Notes: generated by a model not told the origin, from the sequence alone. Shown: positions 25,439 through 39,689, counted from the stretch's first letter. The stretch is DNA of 57,105 nucleotides from Octopus sinensis (GCF_006345805.1 NW_021835333.1:1-57105); one strand, 5' to 3'. Program-made: numbers and translations.

Positions 25439-25625
25439 TATTTCTTTATTACCCACAAGGGGCTAAACACAGAGGGGACAAACAAGGACAGACATAGGTA
25501 TTAAGTCGATTACATCGACCCCAGTGCGTAACTGGTACTTAATTTATCGACCTCGAAAGGATGAAAGGCAAAGTCGACCTCGGCGGAATTCGAACTCAGA
25601 AAGTAACGGCAGACGAAATACCGCT
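25439..25625 (-). mobile_element. SINE family A, 5'-truncated
   Basis: TSD attgttacc (25430-25438, 25626-25634). Confidence 0.9.
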
Positions 25626-26320
25626 ATTGTTACCGCCCACACATACCACAGCGGAACAACCAAGATGGGAAAATTAAAGGAGAGAAAGAGATCGGATGGT
25701 GGGATTCTCCTTTTACATGGTTGACAATTTCAGCTGAAGAGGCCAGAACAAACCTGAAATTGTGTATGCTTTGCTCAAAAGCACAAGTACCAACTGTTCC
25801 AGATTTCGAACGCACGACTTTATAGTCCTAAATCCCAAACCTTAACCAACCAGAAACGCGCTTTTGCATGGCACTTTGGGCGAGTGTTTTTTACGATAGC
25901 CTCGAGTTGACTACAGGGCTGTGAGTGAATTTGGTAGACGGAAACTGAAGGAAGCCCGTCGTATATACATATTTTAAGGTGGCTATCCTCAATTTACAAC
26001 CAAATTTGTACAAGTACAATCGCCACTAAAGTAGCTAAGGGTACAAATCAGCACCAGCATTGCTAGAAATAACATTCAAAGCAACTCGTAGCCACGGGCA
26101 AGCACTTATCTAATGACTGACAAATGCACCCTGTCACCGAACTCTTATCAGTTGTGAGCTTCTCGCCCATATATATACAAATTAAGGACTGAACACGAAA
26201 AGTGGACAGTCAACATGCTAGATATAGACGTCAAATCGCCATTCTCCACAAAGAGTATGTTCTCAAATAAAACTCAGCACAAAACCAAAGCATTAAACAA
26301 GACAAATGAAAATATAGAAT

Positions 26321-26391
<71 letters not shown>

Positions 26392-26728
26392 TATATATAT
26401 ACATATGTATATATATAATATATCTATATATACCACACACATATATATATACATTGTATATTATATATATATATATATATATAACACACATATATATATA
26501 CATATGTATATATATATATAGATATATATATATATACACACATATATATATATACATATGTATATATTATATATATATAATATAATATATATATATAAAC
26601 CACTATATATATACACATATAGAATATATATATATATAAATATTATAGAGACAAAACCACTATTTTGCAAAACAAACAAGGAAAGACTTAATCAATACAT
26701 AAAATTAATAAAAAGTAAAAAAAAACCG

Positions 26729-26769
26729 CCACTACAATTGTAACATGTCTAATGACAATCTTCAGGTGG
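26729..26769 (-). ncRNA. Decayed minimal hammerhead ribozyme
   Basis: ccac-CTGAAGA-t-tgtc(atta)gaca-t-GTTA-caattg-ta-gtgg: all stems present but GAAA mutated to GTTA. Confidence 0.5.
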
Positions 26770-26898
26770 ATTTCCGATAAATCAGTTTCAATTTATGAAG
26801 TCTCTAATTGATATTATATAATATTTTACTATAAGATCGGATTTATCCTAAATCTGATTTTTTTTCCTGTAAATTTGGATTTATTCCCTAATATTTAT

Positions 26899-26945
<47 letters not shown>

Positions 26946-27079
26946 TGTATGTGCGTATGTGTGTGTATATATATATATGTGCGTGTGTATAGGTTTGTAT
27001 GTGTGTGCGCGTATATATATGCATATGTGTGTTTGTATGTATGTTTGTGCAAATATATGTATATATTTGTGTGCGTCTT

Positions 27080-27295
27080 TGTGTCTGCGTTTATCCTTCC
27101 ATCACCGCTTGACAGCTGGTGTTGTGTTTACGTCCCCGTATCTTAGCGGTTCGACCAAAACGACCGAAAAAATAAATACTAGGCTTACAAAGGGTAAGTT
27201 CTGAGGTCGATTTCTTTGGCTGAAACTCTTTACAGTTGTATTCCAGATTGGCCGCAGTCTAATGACTGAAACAAGTGAAAGAATAAAAGAATATA
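27080..27295 (+). mobile_element. SINE family B 3' half
   Basis: ...ggccgcagtctaatgactgaaacaagtgaaagaataaaagaata tail. Confidence 0.8.
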
Positions 27296-27489
27296 TATAA
27301 ACCTTTAGATTTATACACAGACTCACAAGCACAACGGATTATACTTGCCCTCGTGACGTCATACTTCCGTTTCACATCTCCGCCTACTCTACCAGTGATA
27401 CCACCAACTCCGACACCTTTGCCATTGTCAGTGCATTCTCCGCCATTACAATCGACTACAACTAACACTGACAACTAAAACCTAAATGC

Positions 27490-27535
<46 letters not shown>

Positions 27536-28634
27536 CACACATTAACATACCAATTCCATGTAGAACGAAGGAAAAATTACAAAAACAAAAAGTAAGCCAA
27601 ATCGCATGATGAGAAAAAAATACGAAACAAGAAAAATTCTAATACATACATATAAACATACATATACCTATAGAGACACGTACACACACACACACACCAT
27701 ATATTTATATGTATATCTATATAATTACACACATGCATACACACACACATACATACATACACACAGAGTTATCCATAAAAATATAGAGAGAGACATACAA
27801 ACGTAAGAGTGATATATTTAATCTCCGGATATTTCTCAATGTTTACTTAAAGGATTCTGCTGGGAAAATGATAGCCAAAAGACGTGTCGTAGCTCACGTT
27901 AGTGTCTTGTAAAACTAACATTATTTCGCTCTTAAGACCCACCTACCTCGCCTCCGCACATCGCCACCGCTGCTTTTATCACCAAAACCATCAACATCAC
28001 CACCACCACCGCCACCATCAACTTCAGTTTTCATAAGCCGGTTGTGACTGGATTAGACTTGAAATCTAAATGCTTGTACTACAGATTTTCTCTTTTTAAC
28101 AACCCTATACAAGAATTACATCCATCCACCTACGTTTTACCACTACTACTACTACAACTAATTCTGATGCTACTACTACTATTACTTAAAATTTGTGAAC
28201 ATTTATTGCTCATCTTTTTTTTTTATGTATTTTTTTCTTGAGTTATTTTTGTTTTGTTAGCTTTCATTACTTTTGGCGTTAGATTGCCAGAATTGTTAGA
28301 AAGTAGGCAAAAGGGGAAAAAATGCCTTCTATTTCTTCTGACTCTTTGCGTTAAGTGTTCAAACACCACCGTGATCGACTTTGCCTATCATCCTTTCTGG
28401 GTCGATAAAATAAAGCACCTATCAAGTATTGGGGATGTAATGCCAATGTTTTCTTAAGAGACGTGCAACATCCCTCTCAGCATTAATCTGGAAACTTAAA
28501 AATGAAAACATTAACTACATCAAATGGAAAATTCTTTCCAAGAACAAAACCTATATTGACAAGTGAAAGAGTTGTTCGATATGTTCACTCGAAGAACTGT
28601 GCCTTTTAAAGAACTTAGAGCTTCCAATGACCCT

Positions 28635-28836
28635 CTTTACTCTTTTACTTGTTTCAGTCATTTGACTGCGGCCATGCTGGAGCACCGCCTTTAGTCTAGC
28701 AAATCGACCCCAGGACTTATTCTTTGTAAGCCTAGTACTTATTCTATCGGTCTCTTTTGCCGAACCGCTAAGTTACGGGGACGTAAACACACCAGCATCG
28801 GTTGTCAAGCGATGTTGGGGGACAAACACACACAAG

Positions 28837-28896
<60 letters not shown>

Positions 28897-29056
28897 CACG
28901 ACAGGCTTCTTTCAGTTTCCGTCTACCAAATCCACTCACAAGGCTTTGGTCAGCCCGAGGCTATAGTAGACGACACTTGCCCAAGCTGTCACGCAGTGGG
29001 ACTGAATACGGAACCATGTGGCGGGTAAGCAAGCTACTTACCACACAGCCACTCCT
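28635..29056 (-). mobile_element. SINE family B, full length
   Basis: Near-consensus head to tail. Confidence 0.9.
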
Positions 29057-30023
29057 CATCATTATTAGATAAGAGATCGTATGATATACACCGGGTAGCT
29101 TGCCGGTAAAGCATATTCACTTTCACAGTGTTCGTTGGTTATTTGGTTAATGAAAGAAAATTTTATTAATCACTATAACTCTTTCGACCTATCTAGTCCC
29201 TAAACCAGTTAAGTATCCTACCCGTGATGGGCGGGCGGGCAGGAGAAGTTGCTGAAAACTTCCTGGCTTTGGGTAAAAGAAAATACAGGAGGATCAGTTA
29301 TGATTTTATTCAATATACTCACTTCTCAGATTCACACATGCCTAGTACTTATTCTATCGGTCTTTTTTACCGAACCATTAGATTACGGGGACGTAAACAC
29401 ACCAACACTGGTTGTCAAACTAGAGGCCAAAAATCCATCAGATTTTTTAAGCTCTGAGAAAGTTTGGCAGGCTTGGTCTCCAACCAGGCCTTTCGCGACA
29501 CCCCTAAATCCAGTTACTTTTAGACACCCCTCGTAGATATATATATATATATATATATATATAGATAGATAGATAGTTGTACGACAATGAGTAATCTATA
29601 CGTGTGTCTGTGTGTATATATGTTTATACTTATTGTGAAAGTTCTGCGTGGATATATCATGTATGTGCTTCTGTCTTTCAAGTAGTCGTGTTTGTTAGAG
29701 TGTGTTTACACGTGCACCAGTACCCAACAAACACATCTTTACCCTTTAGATGTAACATTTGATATCACCTGCACCCTGCGGCCGCACGGCGGAGCCGGGT
29801 ATGACCTGAACGGGTGAGAAAGCTGCCATTAAGCTGGAGTAATGTGTCTTCCCTGCTGTTAAGTAGCCGTATACGGTAAAAATATACCGCAAGCAGCAGC
29901 ATGTGGTAACTTACATACGATCTGAATGTCAAAATACTGATAACTAATAGTTAGCTAGAAATGGCTAATTTCTTCAAACACACACCACACACACAGACTG
30001 AGATTGTGTGTGAGATAGATCTC

Positions 30024-30422
30024 GGATCTTTTCGGTTTGAACGGCAGTTTTTTTCTAGCGGTGTCATATGAAATTGTCACCCATAATTATGACCTTAGTA
30101 TCGATCTATTGCATTTCAATCTGTTTTGGGGTTAGGGGTATCTTTTTTTCTTCACAAGTGTAAATAAACCCAATCTGTTTCTGAAACGAGGGACATATTC
30201 ATACGGCACAGAGTATTTTTTAACTCAATGAAAATCATTGATTGGTTGAAATTGCAGAAATTGAAGAAAAATAACAACAAATATCTTACAAACTATAGAA
30301 TTTTCTCAATAAAGGCAAGAGAAAAAGATGTTATAAACACATTCTACCAGTATACGAAGTTTAAAATTTTTTAGTTACCTAGAAATTATATTTAAAAACT
30401 GCCGTACAAACCGAAAAGATCC
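30024..30422 (+). mobile_element. hAT-type MITE family E
   Basis: Both TIRs; flanks tagatctc / gagatctc (7 of 8 match). Confidence 0.9.
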
Positions 30423-31210
30423 GAGATCTCTTCGCACAAAAGTACCCACACGTTCACATATATGCAGTAATGTACAGAAACCCACTCACACACGACATAC
30501 AATTGTACGTAGGATGGTGTCTTTTAGACCCTGAAGCCCGGGCGGTCGAGGTCCTTTGAACGGCTAGAACTGATCGCCCCCAAACCTTACTGAAATCACA
30601 GTCTATATAATTATCGGTATTTTGGTATAAAATATTCCTAAAGGAAAAGAAATATATAGAAAGGCAATGAGTCCCATAAGTAGAATACCCCCTAATTGTA
30701 GTTCTGCTCTCTTAATATTCCTCGAAGGGAGATATTTTTCTGTTTTCTTAATTCCTACGCACAGACCGAAGAAAACATTCTCATTCACGCTCATATACTC
30801 ACATATTCGGCAATTCCATACACTTCTGTTATTATAGTTACATTCTGTCTTTGGGGTAGATTTGAGGAAGAGAAGGTTTTCTGGCTCTGAATTGAAACTT
30901 TCGAAAGGGACATTTCAGAAAATGGAAAGGGACCTTTTCGACCTTTTAAGGAAAATGAAATTCCGTAAGGTTACCAATGTCTGAATGAAGAGATTACTTT
31001 CAAAAGGAAGTCAGGATGAGCCTACCTCGCAGCAAGAAACACAAATGATGGCAGAAACATGAACTCCCTCATTCACTAAATGCCACCTATCAGAGGAGGT
31101 TTAATGAAAGTGCAGGAAAATTAACAGCGGTGCTCCGATATGGCCGAAGCTCTCGAGCTGCAACTAGTAAAACAAGAAACAAAATTATACACCAGATTTC
31201 TTTCTCTCCA

Positions 31211-32288
31211 ATACCTATTTCTTTACTGCCCACAAGGGGCTAAACACAGAGAGGACAAACAAGGACAGACAAACGGATTAAGTCGATTATATCGACCCCA
31301 GTGCGTAACTGGTCCTTAATTTATCCACCCTGAAAGAATGAAAGGCAAAGTCAACCTCGGCGGAATTTGAACTCAGAACGTAGCGGCAGTCGAAATACCT
31401 ATTTCTTTATTACCCACAAGGGGCTAAACACAGAGAGGACAAACAAGGACAGACAAACGGATTAAGTCGATTATATCGACCCCAGTGCGTAACTGGTCCT
31501 TAATTTATCCACCCTGAAAGAATGAAAGGCAAAGTCAACCTCGCGGAATTTGAACTCAGAACGTTCGGCAGTCGAAATACCTATTTCTTTATTACCCACA
31601 AGGGGCTAAACACAAGAGACAAACAAGGACAGACAAACGGATTAAGTCGATTATATCGACCCCAGTGCGTAACTGGTCCTTAATTTATCCACCCTGAAAG
31701 AATGAAAGGCAAAGTCAACCTCGGCGGAATTTGAACTCAGAACGTAGCGGCAGTCGAAATACCTATTTCTTTATTACCCACAAGGGGCTAAACACAGAGA
31801 GGACAAACAAGGACAGACAAACGGATTAAGTCGATTATATCGACCCCAGTGCGTAACTGGTCCTAATTTATCCACCCTGAAAGAATGAAAGCAAAGTCAA
31901 CCTCGGCGGAATTTGAACTCAGACGTAGCGGCAGTCGAATACCTATTTCTTTATTACCCACAAGGGGCTAAACACAGAGAGGACAAACAAGGACAGACAA
32001 ACGGATTAAGTCGATTATATCGACCCCAGTGCGTAACTGGTCCTTAATTTATCCACCCTGAAAGAATGAAAGGCAAAGTCAACCTCGGCGGAATTTGAAC
32101 TCAGAACGTAGCGGCAGTCGAAATACCTATTTCTTTATTACCCACAAGGGGCTAAACACAGAGGGGACAAACAAGGAGAGACATAGGTATTAAGTCGATT
32201 ACATCGACCCCAGTGCGTAACTGGTAGTTAATTTATCGACCCCGAAAGGATGAATGGTAAAGTCGACCTCGGCGGAATTTGAACTCAG
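31211..32288 (-). repeat. Tandem array of six ~182-bp SINE-A units
   Basis: tatttcttta starts at 31216, 31400, 31582, 31764, 31944, 32128. Confidence 0.95.
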
Positions 32289-32533
32289 CATCGGTTGTCA
32301 AGCGATGTTGTGGGGACAAACACATACACAAACATATACACAAACACACACATATATATATATACATATATATATATATACGACGGGCTTCTTTCAGTTT
32401 CCGTCTACCTAATCCACTCACAAAGCTTTGGTCGGCCCGAGGCTATAGAAGACACTTGCCCGAGGTGCCACGCAGTGGGACTGAACCCGGAACCATATGG
32501 TCGGTAAGCAAGCTACTTACCACACAGCCACTA
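32289..32533 (-). mobile_element. SINE family B 5' part fused to the SINE-A array
   Basis: Junction gaactcag|catcggttg with cag microhomology. Confidence 0.85.
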
Positions 32534-32929
32534 TATATATATATATATATCTATATATATGTATGTATATATTTATACACATACATGCATTAATGTGTAC
32601 ATGAGTTTGTGTAGCACATATGTCATCAATAAAGCACGGCTTAACTGCGTTGGAAATATAACACTATAAGTTTCATCAACTGATTATAGTCAGCAGCAAA
32701 CTTGTTATACTATTACATGTTAACTATATGTGTGTGTGTGAGTGTACACGTATATGAATATGTGTGTGTTTCTGTATATTTATATATATGTATAGTTATA
32801 AGTATTTATGTATGTGTGTGCATATGTGTTTATATGCATGCATGTGTGTACATATACATGTGTGTACATAAATATGTATGTATTTATATACATGTATATA
32901 TGTATATATATATATACACACATGTGGAT

Positions 32930-32971
<42 letters not shown>

Positions 32972-33479
32972 TTACTTATATACACATATATATGTGTGTA
33001 TATACATACATACACATATGGATATACATATATATATATATGTATATTTACTTATATACACATTTATGTATGTATGTATGTATATATATATATATATATA
33101 TATACATACTCACACACACGCATATACATATGTATATATACATGTACATATAACTACATACACGTATATATGTGTGTGTGTGTTTCACAACACTATCTCG
33201 TATCCTTATAATTTATAACCCCTAACCTCAGGTTTATCGTAAACATATTTACACATATATACGTGTCTACCAAGTTACAGACGTACATCTGTTTACGTAT
33301 GCGCACACAGACGCACAAAATACATATATATACATATGTGTGTGTGTGTATAGAGAGAGAAATTCAAAGACGTATGTCCATAATTCCACCCAGGTATTTA
33401 GCCAAGAACACATTTGTATAAACTAACCTCAGAGGGACAGACATATATGCTGATCGCAATTTCTTGCAAGGCGATTTTT

Positions 33480-34690
33480 ATATTCTCAATGAATATTGCA
33501 CCCATCCTATGCTTACAGATGCCTTTTCAGCCCATCTTTCGTCCTGTTGGAATTGTTCACAGATGTGACGTTTATTTCACTCTTTAGTTTTCAGTGTGTG
33601 TGGTGGTAAAATCATTTTACAAGCAGCTCGATTTCTCCAAGACGCAAGGGACTTTAGATGGTTGACAAACCCAGCTCTCAAGAGAGTAAATATTCCACAC
33701 ACATTGCACTTTAATTCCTGATGAGTTTTCTATGGGTACTGCACTTGAGTACCTATTTCTTTACTACCCACAAGGGGCTAAACACAGAGGAGACAATCAA
33801 GGACAGACGAACGGATTAAGTCGATTACATCGACCCTAGAGCGCAACTGGTACTTAATTTATCGACCCCGAAAGGATGAAAGGCAAAGTCGACGTCGGCG
33901 GAATTTGAACTCAGAACGTAACGGCAGGCGAAATACCTATTTCTTTACTACCCACAAGGGGCTAAACACAGAGAGGACAAACAAGGACAGACAAACGAAT
34001 TAGTCGATTATATCGACCCCAGTGCGTAACTGGTACTTAATTTATCGATCCCGAAAGGATGAAAGGCAAAGTCAACCTCGGCGGAATTTGAACTCAGAAT
34101 ATTGCGACAGACGAAATACTGGTGAGCATTTCGCCCGGCTCGTTAACGTTTCTGCCAGCTCGCCGCACTTGAGTACCGCTTACTGAGTGAAGGTTTCAAA
34201 CAAGCATGCTCCATTCGTTTTTGCTCAAAATCACCTCATCTGTAGCTAGCAGTCTCACTCCATGATGTACGGCTTTCAGCCAATGCTTCACAGATATGAA
34301 TCCAAAACCTTCCACACGCATAGCACTTCACTTCCTGATGAATTTCCGCAGACATCGTACTTGGGGCCCGTTTTCGGAGTGGCTGTTTCAAAGCAGCAAA
34401 TACGATTCGCTTTTACTCAAAGACACTGCTTCTGTATTTGGTAGTCTCTCTCCATGACGTATGGTTTTCAATCAATGCCTCAGATATATTCATATCAACC
34501 CCAAATCTTTCAGGTTGCCTTTTATGACATTCTTAAACCATTTCCTAGATTTATACGGAGGTTTTTTCCCTCTGGTCATCCTCCTCATAAAATATCTATT
34601 TGAGCAGCCTTCCGTCCTCCATCTCGACGCATCTGGCTCAAAATTAGTTACGTAAACGCATACACATGTGGTGGCTCCAACTCGATTTCA
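33480..34690 (-). pseudogene. Decayed RTE (BovB-like) LINE ORF2 C-terminus, interrupted by SINE A
   Basis: With frameshifts reads EMEDGRLLK*IFYE..RGKKPPYKSRKWFKNVIKGNLKDLG...SWRE...CYACGR, matching the RMEDxRxPKQxxYGEL..GKR..WRxx...CxxCG pattern of RTE ORF2. Confidence 0.6.
33754..34164 (-). mobile_element. SINE family A, head + two units
   Basis: 13-bp TSD gcacttgagtacc (33741-33753, 34165-34177). Confidence 0.92.
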
Positions 34691-34818
34691 AGTATTTTTA
34701 TATCTTGATTGTTCTTTAAAACATATGCACCATGGATATGGCTTTTAGGTCCTGCTTTGGACTTACACACTTTTATACAGATATAGCAATGATGGGCGCC
34801 TCTTGTAGTAGAGATGCC

Positions 34819-35233
34819 GGATCTTTTCGGTTTGAACGGCAGTTTTTAACATAATTTCTAGGTAATTAAAAAATTTTAAACTTCGTATACTGGTAGAATG
34901 TGTTTATAAAACTTATTTTTCTCTTGGCTTTATTGAGAAAATTCCTTAGTTTGTAAGATATTTGTTGTTTTTTTTTTCTTCAATTTCTGCAACTTCAACC
35001 AAACACCGACGTCTGTTGAGGTAAAAAAAACATTCTGTGCCGTATGAATATGTCCCTCGTTTAAGAAACAGATTGGGTTTATTTACATTTCTGAAGAAAA
35101 CAAGATACCCTTCCCCCTAACCCTAACCCTGAAACAGATTGAAATGCAATAGATCGATTCTAGGGTCATAATTATGGGTGACAATTTCATATGACACCGC
35201 TAGAAAAAACTGCCGTTCAAATCGAAAAGATCC
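34819..35233 (-). mobile_element. hAT-type MITE family E, reverse orientation
   Basis: Both TIRs; flanks gagatgcc / gagagacc (6 of 8). Confidence 0.9.
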
Positions 35234-35533
35234 GAGAGACCTTATAATGCATAGTTAATAACGTCCCTGCTGCGTCACAATTCTGATGCCTCCCAAGACC
35301 TGTCTTTCTTAGTCAGATACGCCCACGCATGTTACACGTTGGACTGCGCTTGTGCGTCAAAATTGCCTGGAAAATTCACATCAAAACCTCAATGCTTTGC
35401 TTTGGGTTCAGACTTATCTCACTCGAGCTGTTCATGTTCCCTACGACTTTGTTCAAAATTTTTCTTCCCATCATGCACTGCTTTCCTCTGCGATGAATGA
35501 TTTAGTTGTGTGTATGCATATATGTGTGTCTAT

Positions 35534-35564
<31 letters not shown>

Positions 35565-35869
35565 CATGAGTGTGTTTGCGTATATATACGTATATGTATA
35601 TATATATGTGTAAATATATATACATGTGTATGTATATATATATATATACGTGTATATATGTATATATATATACACATAAATACACGTATATATATATATA
35701 TATACGTGGATGTATATTATATATATATATATATATATATATTCCTGTATATGTGTGTATGTGTGTGTGTATGCACACGTTCTTCAATGTATGTCAATGT
35801 AATTACTTCAAATACATAGCACCCTGTATATGTACACGTGCGTATTCGGTATATACATGTCGCCGCGCG

Positions 35870-35909
<40 letters not shown>

Positions 35910-36622
35910 TGTGTGTGTGTGTACATATATAAAATGTATGTATATCTATGCATATTCATCCATCTATACATACACACATGTAAGAATTCCATTCCTGTGT
36001 TATACGATTAAGATACAGCAAATGGTTTAAATTATCCAGTTTATCAGCTGATGGTGTGGGCTTTAGTAGTCAACACATAGTTGGGTGGAGGGGAAATATG
36101 GTTTGTAGTGGTGGTCTTATCTGGCTGGTGATGAAGACGATGATAATGGTGGTGGTGGTGGTGGTGGCGGAGAGTGTTAGTGTTGACGGTTGGTCTCCTG
36201 ATGTTAGTAGAAGCGTATTATGGATTTGCCGGGTGTGATGTAAATGAAAAACTAGGAATGGGGTGTAGTTAGAGGTGGAAGGAATTTTTTTGTTTTTTAA
36301 CTTTAGCGATCATCATCATCATCATCATCATTACCATCATTATATCCCTATCATGAGAATCACCACCATTATCACAGTTCGCTAATGTTCCCATTTAGCA
36401 TTATCTCGTGATTTATAGAGTAATACACACGCATATAATTTATACACAAAACACCGTATACAAACGTCACACACAAACACTGCGTACATACACACACCAC
36501 ACACCCACATATATATTTATATATATATATATATATACATACATACATACAACATACATACATATTACATACATGTATACATACATACATATATACATAC
36601 ATGTATACATACATATATATAT

Positions 36623-36667
<45 letters not shown>

Positions 36668-36896
36668 CATACATATACACATATATATATACATACATAC
36701 ATGCATATATATATATACATGCATATACGCCATGTGTGTATGTATATATATGTATGTATATATACATGCATATATATATATACATACATATATATATACA
36801 TACACACACACTACATAAATATATGCTTGTACATGTTTTTTTCTATATGCACATATAAATACACACACACCAACACATACATATTATATATATATT

Positions 36897-36932
<36 letters not shown>

Positions 36933-37002
36933 CACGTATATATATTTTATATATGTGTATATATAGATACATATATATACATGTAATATGTATATGTATA
37001 TT

Positions 37003-37129
<127 letters not shown>

Positions 37130-37444
37130 TCTATTATATATAATATATTAATATATAATATATATATATATTGACTGTTTCTAATAATAAAAAATAGTGA
37201 ATAAAAAGCTGAAAGGAAAAAATAAATTGAATGGAAGTAAAGCATCAACACAAATGATGATAAGACTGAGCGTTTCTATAAACAAAATAAAATGTTCTTT
37301 AAATCCATAGATATAATCCCAAACTGATAAACTCATTTCAAGTAACCAACATTTTATATTAGACATTGTTACAGCCGGGCTCCTATCTCGGCTGCCTCTC
37401 AACCCGAACCCACTTCTTTCTCTCCCCTCCGTCTATTTACTCTT

Positions 37445-38020
37445 TCCTCTCTTTCACTTGTTTCAGTCATGTGACTGCGGCCATGCTGGAGCACCGCCTT
37501 TTTTAGTCGAGCAAATCGACTCCCCCCCCCCCCCCCAGGACTTATTCTTTGTAAGCCTAGTACTTATTCCATCGGTTCTCTTTTGCCGAAGCACAAATGT
37601 TACGGTGACGTAAACACGCCAGTATCGGTTGTCAAGCGATATTGGGGGGACAAACACAGACACACAAACATATATAGATATACGACGGGCTTCTTTCAGT
37701 TTCAGTCTATCAAATCCACTCGAAGAACTGTACCTTTTAAAGAACTTAGAGCTTCCAATGACCCTGTTTACTGTTTTACTTGTTTCAGTCATTTGACTGT
37801 GGCCATGCTGGAGCACCGCCTTTTTCAGTCGAGCAAATCGACCCCAGGACTTATTCTTTGTAAGCCTAGTACTTATTCCATCGGTCTCTTTTGCCGAAGC
37901 GCTAAGTTACGGGGACGTAAACACACCAGCATCGGTTGTCAAGCGATATTGGAGGGACAAACACAGACACACAAACATATACACACACACATATATAATG
38001 CATATATATTATATATATAC

Positions 38021-38085
<65 letters not shown>

Positions 38086-38150
38086 CACACACTTATGACG
38101 GCTTCTTTCAGTTTCCGTCTACGAAATCCACTCACAAGGCTTTTGTCGGG
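37445..38150 (-). mobile_element. Two adjacent SINE-B copies separated by 49 bp also found at 28586-28634
   Basis: B copy 37445-37716, spacer 37717-37765, B copy 37766-38150. Confidence 0.85.
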
Positions 38151-38288
38151 CGCCCGAGGCTATAGTGGAAGAACACTTGCCCAAGGTGTCTGATATGGCT
38201 GATTTAAATGCTAAAGGGTGAAACAAAAGAGGAATAATATTGTCAGGATAGACTTAACTGGAAAGCTTGTCAACATACGTCAGCTAAA

Positions 38289-38649
38289 TCTCTCTATATA
38301 AACGGCAAATTGTCTCTGTGTGTGTCCTTTATACAAATCCACAACTTTTCAGTTAGAGGGCTTGCACTTTCTATGGTTATTCAAAACTGTTTAAGGGTGG
38401 TCGTGCACATCTTTACATTTCCCCAGTCACCCCGCAAAGCCATTAAAAAATCAATAGAAGTGACTTTTTGTGAATTTTCTATCCAAAGCCCAATCAAAAT
38501 GCCCGAAACTTGATACGCCAATTGAATGCCAGCTAGCTGTGTGTGATTGGTCAGTGATTTGGACAGTACTCGCGTGTATGTGCGCACGCACACAGCTGTA
38601 TATGTATGCACTAGCACTATGACCCAGCGTTGCTGGGTGATAGTGCTAG
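38289..38649 (+). mobile_element. Non-autonomous Helitron, shared 5' end, different 3' hairpin
   Basis: A|TCTCTCTATATAAACGGCA ... ctagcactat-gacccagc-gtt-gctgggtg-atagtgCTAG|T. Confidence 0.85.
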
Positions 38650-38754
38650 TTATGAATAATCTGCGACAAAGGAACACACCAATATAAAAATAGAAACTCT
38701 AAGCACACTGTGGTCTTATCCACAAGTTATCACAATCATATTCTACCCTGGTAA

Positions 38755-38950
38755 TATTGGTTTCAAATGTTGGTACAAGGCCAGCAAATTCGGGGGATGG
38801 GGTAAGTCGATTACTCGACCCCACTATTCAACTGGTACTTATTTTATGCTCCCCAAAGAAAGTCAGTCAAAGTCGACCTCGTAAAGACAGGTGAAATGCC
38901 GCTAAGCATTTTGATCGGCGTGGTCACGATACTGCCAGGTCGCTGCCTTC
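38755..38950 (-). mobile_element. Degenerate SINE A' copy
   Basis: acaaggccagcaaattcgggg...aagtcgattactcgacccc...aactggtact...aaagtcgacctc. Confidence 0.65.
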
Positions 38951-39090
38951 TACCCTGGTAATATTTTCACAAAGAACGTGAAGAGATATGAAATCGATTA
39001 AAGAGTGAGGTGGAATTTTGTCCACCCTCTCAACATTGGTGTTTCGGGACAGACGAAGGGGCGCCCCGATTTACATACAAAGCAGTCGCA

Positions 39091-39487
39091 AATGGAGGCG
39101 CAATGGCCCAGTGGTTAGGGCAGCGGACTCGCGGTCAGAGGATCGCGGTTTCGATTTCCAAACCTGGTGTTGTGTGTGTTTATTGAACGAAAACACCTAA
39201 AGCTCCACGAGGCTCTGGCAGGGGGTGGTGGCGACCCATGTTGTACTCTTTCGCTCCAACTTTCTCTCACCCTTTATTCCTGTTTCTTGTCCCCGAGTTC
39301 CTACGCAACAGCTGAGCTTGGATGCGCATTCATCTATCCGTCGATGCTCTTAGTGTCGGGGGTTGACCTGCTTTCTCTTCTGCGGGTCTTACGAATAGCA
39401 AAGGACCACGTTTCTGACTTCCCCCACTACAGAGGCGCGATCTTGCGAGCTCTGGGACGAAGACCGCTTCGCTCAACAAACAAACAA
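39091..39487 (+). mobile_element. SINE family C, tail type 4 ending in (CAAA)n
   Basis: C head/body; duplicated flank caaagcagtcg(c/t)aaa on both sides. Confidence 0.88.
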
Positions 39488-39689
39488 ACAAAGCAGTCGT
39501 AAAAATATTATTGATATCAAGTGGTAAATCGTTTTCTTGGAATCTCCAAGAATGGGCTTACGTGGAGCTAACCAACATGGCGTAAACATGAATTCAAATA
39601 AGGCCACAAACCATGAGAAAATGGTGGCGGGGAAATGACAATTGATTCATTCGATTAATGATTGATCTCAATGGAAGATGTGTATGACC

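Noticed and set aside
31211-32288. CRISPR-like or retrozyme array
   Set aside because: Units are SINE-A bodies with no spacers, and I found no hammerhead core on either strand.
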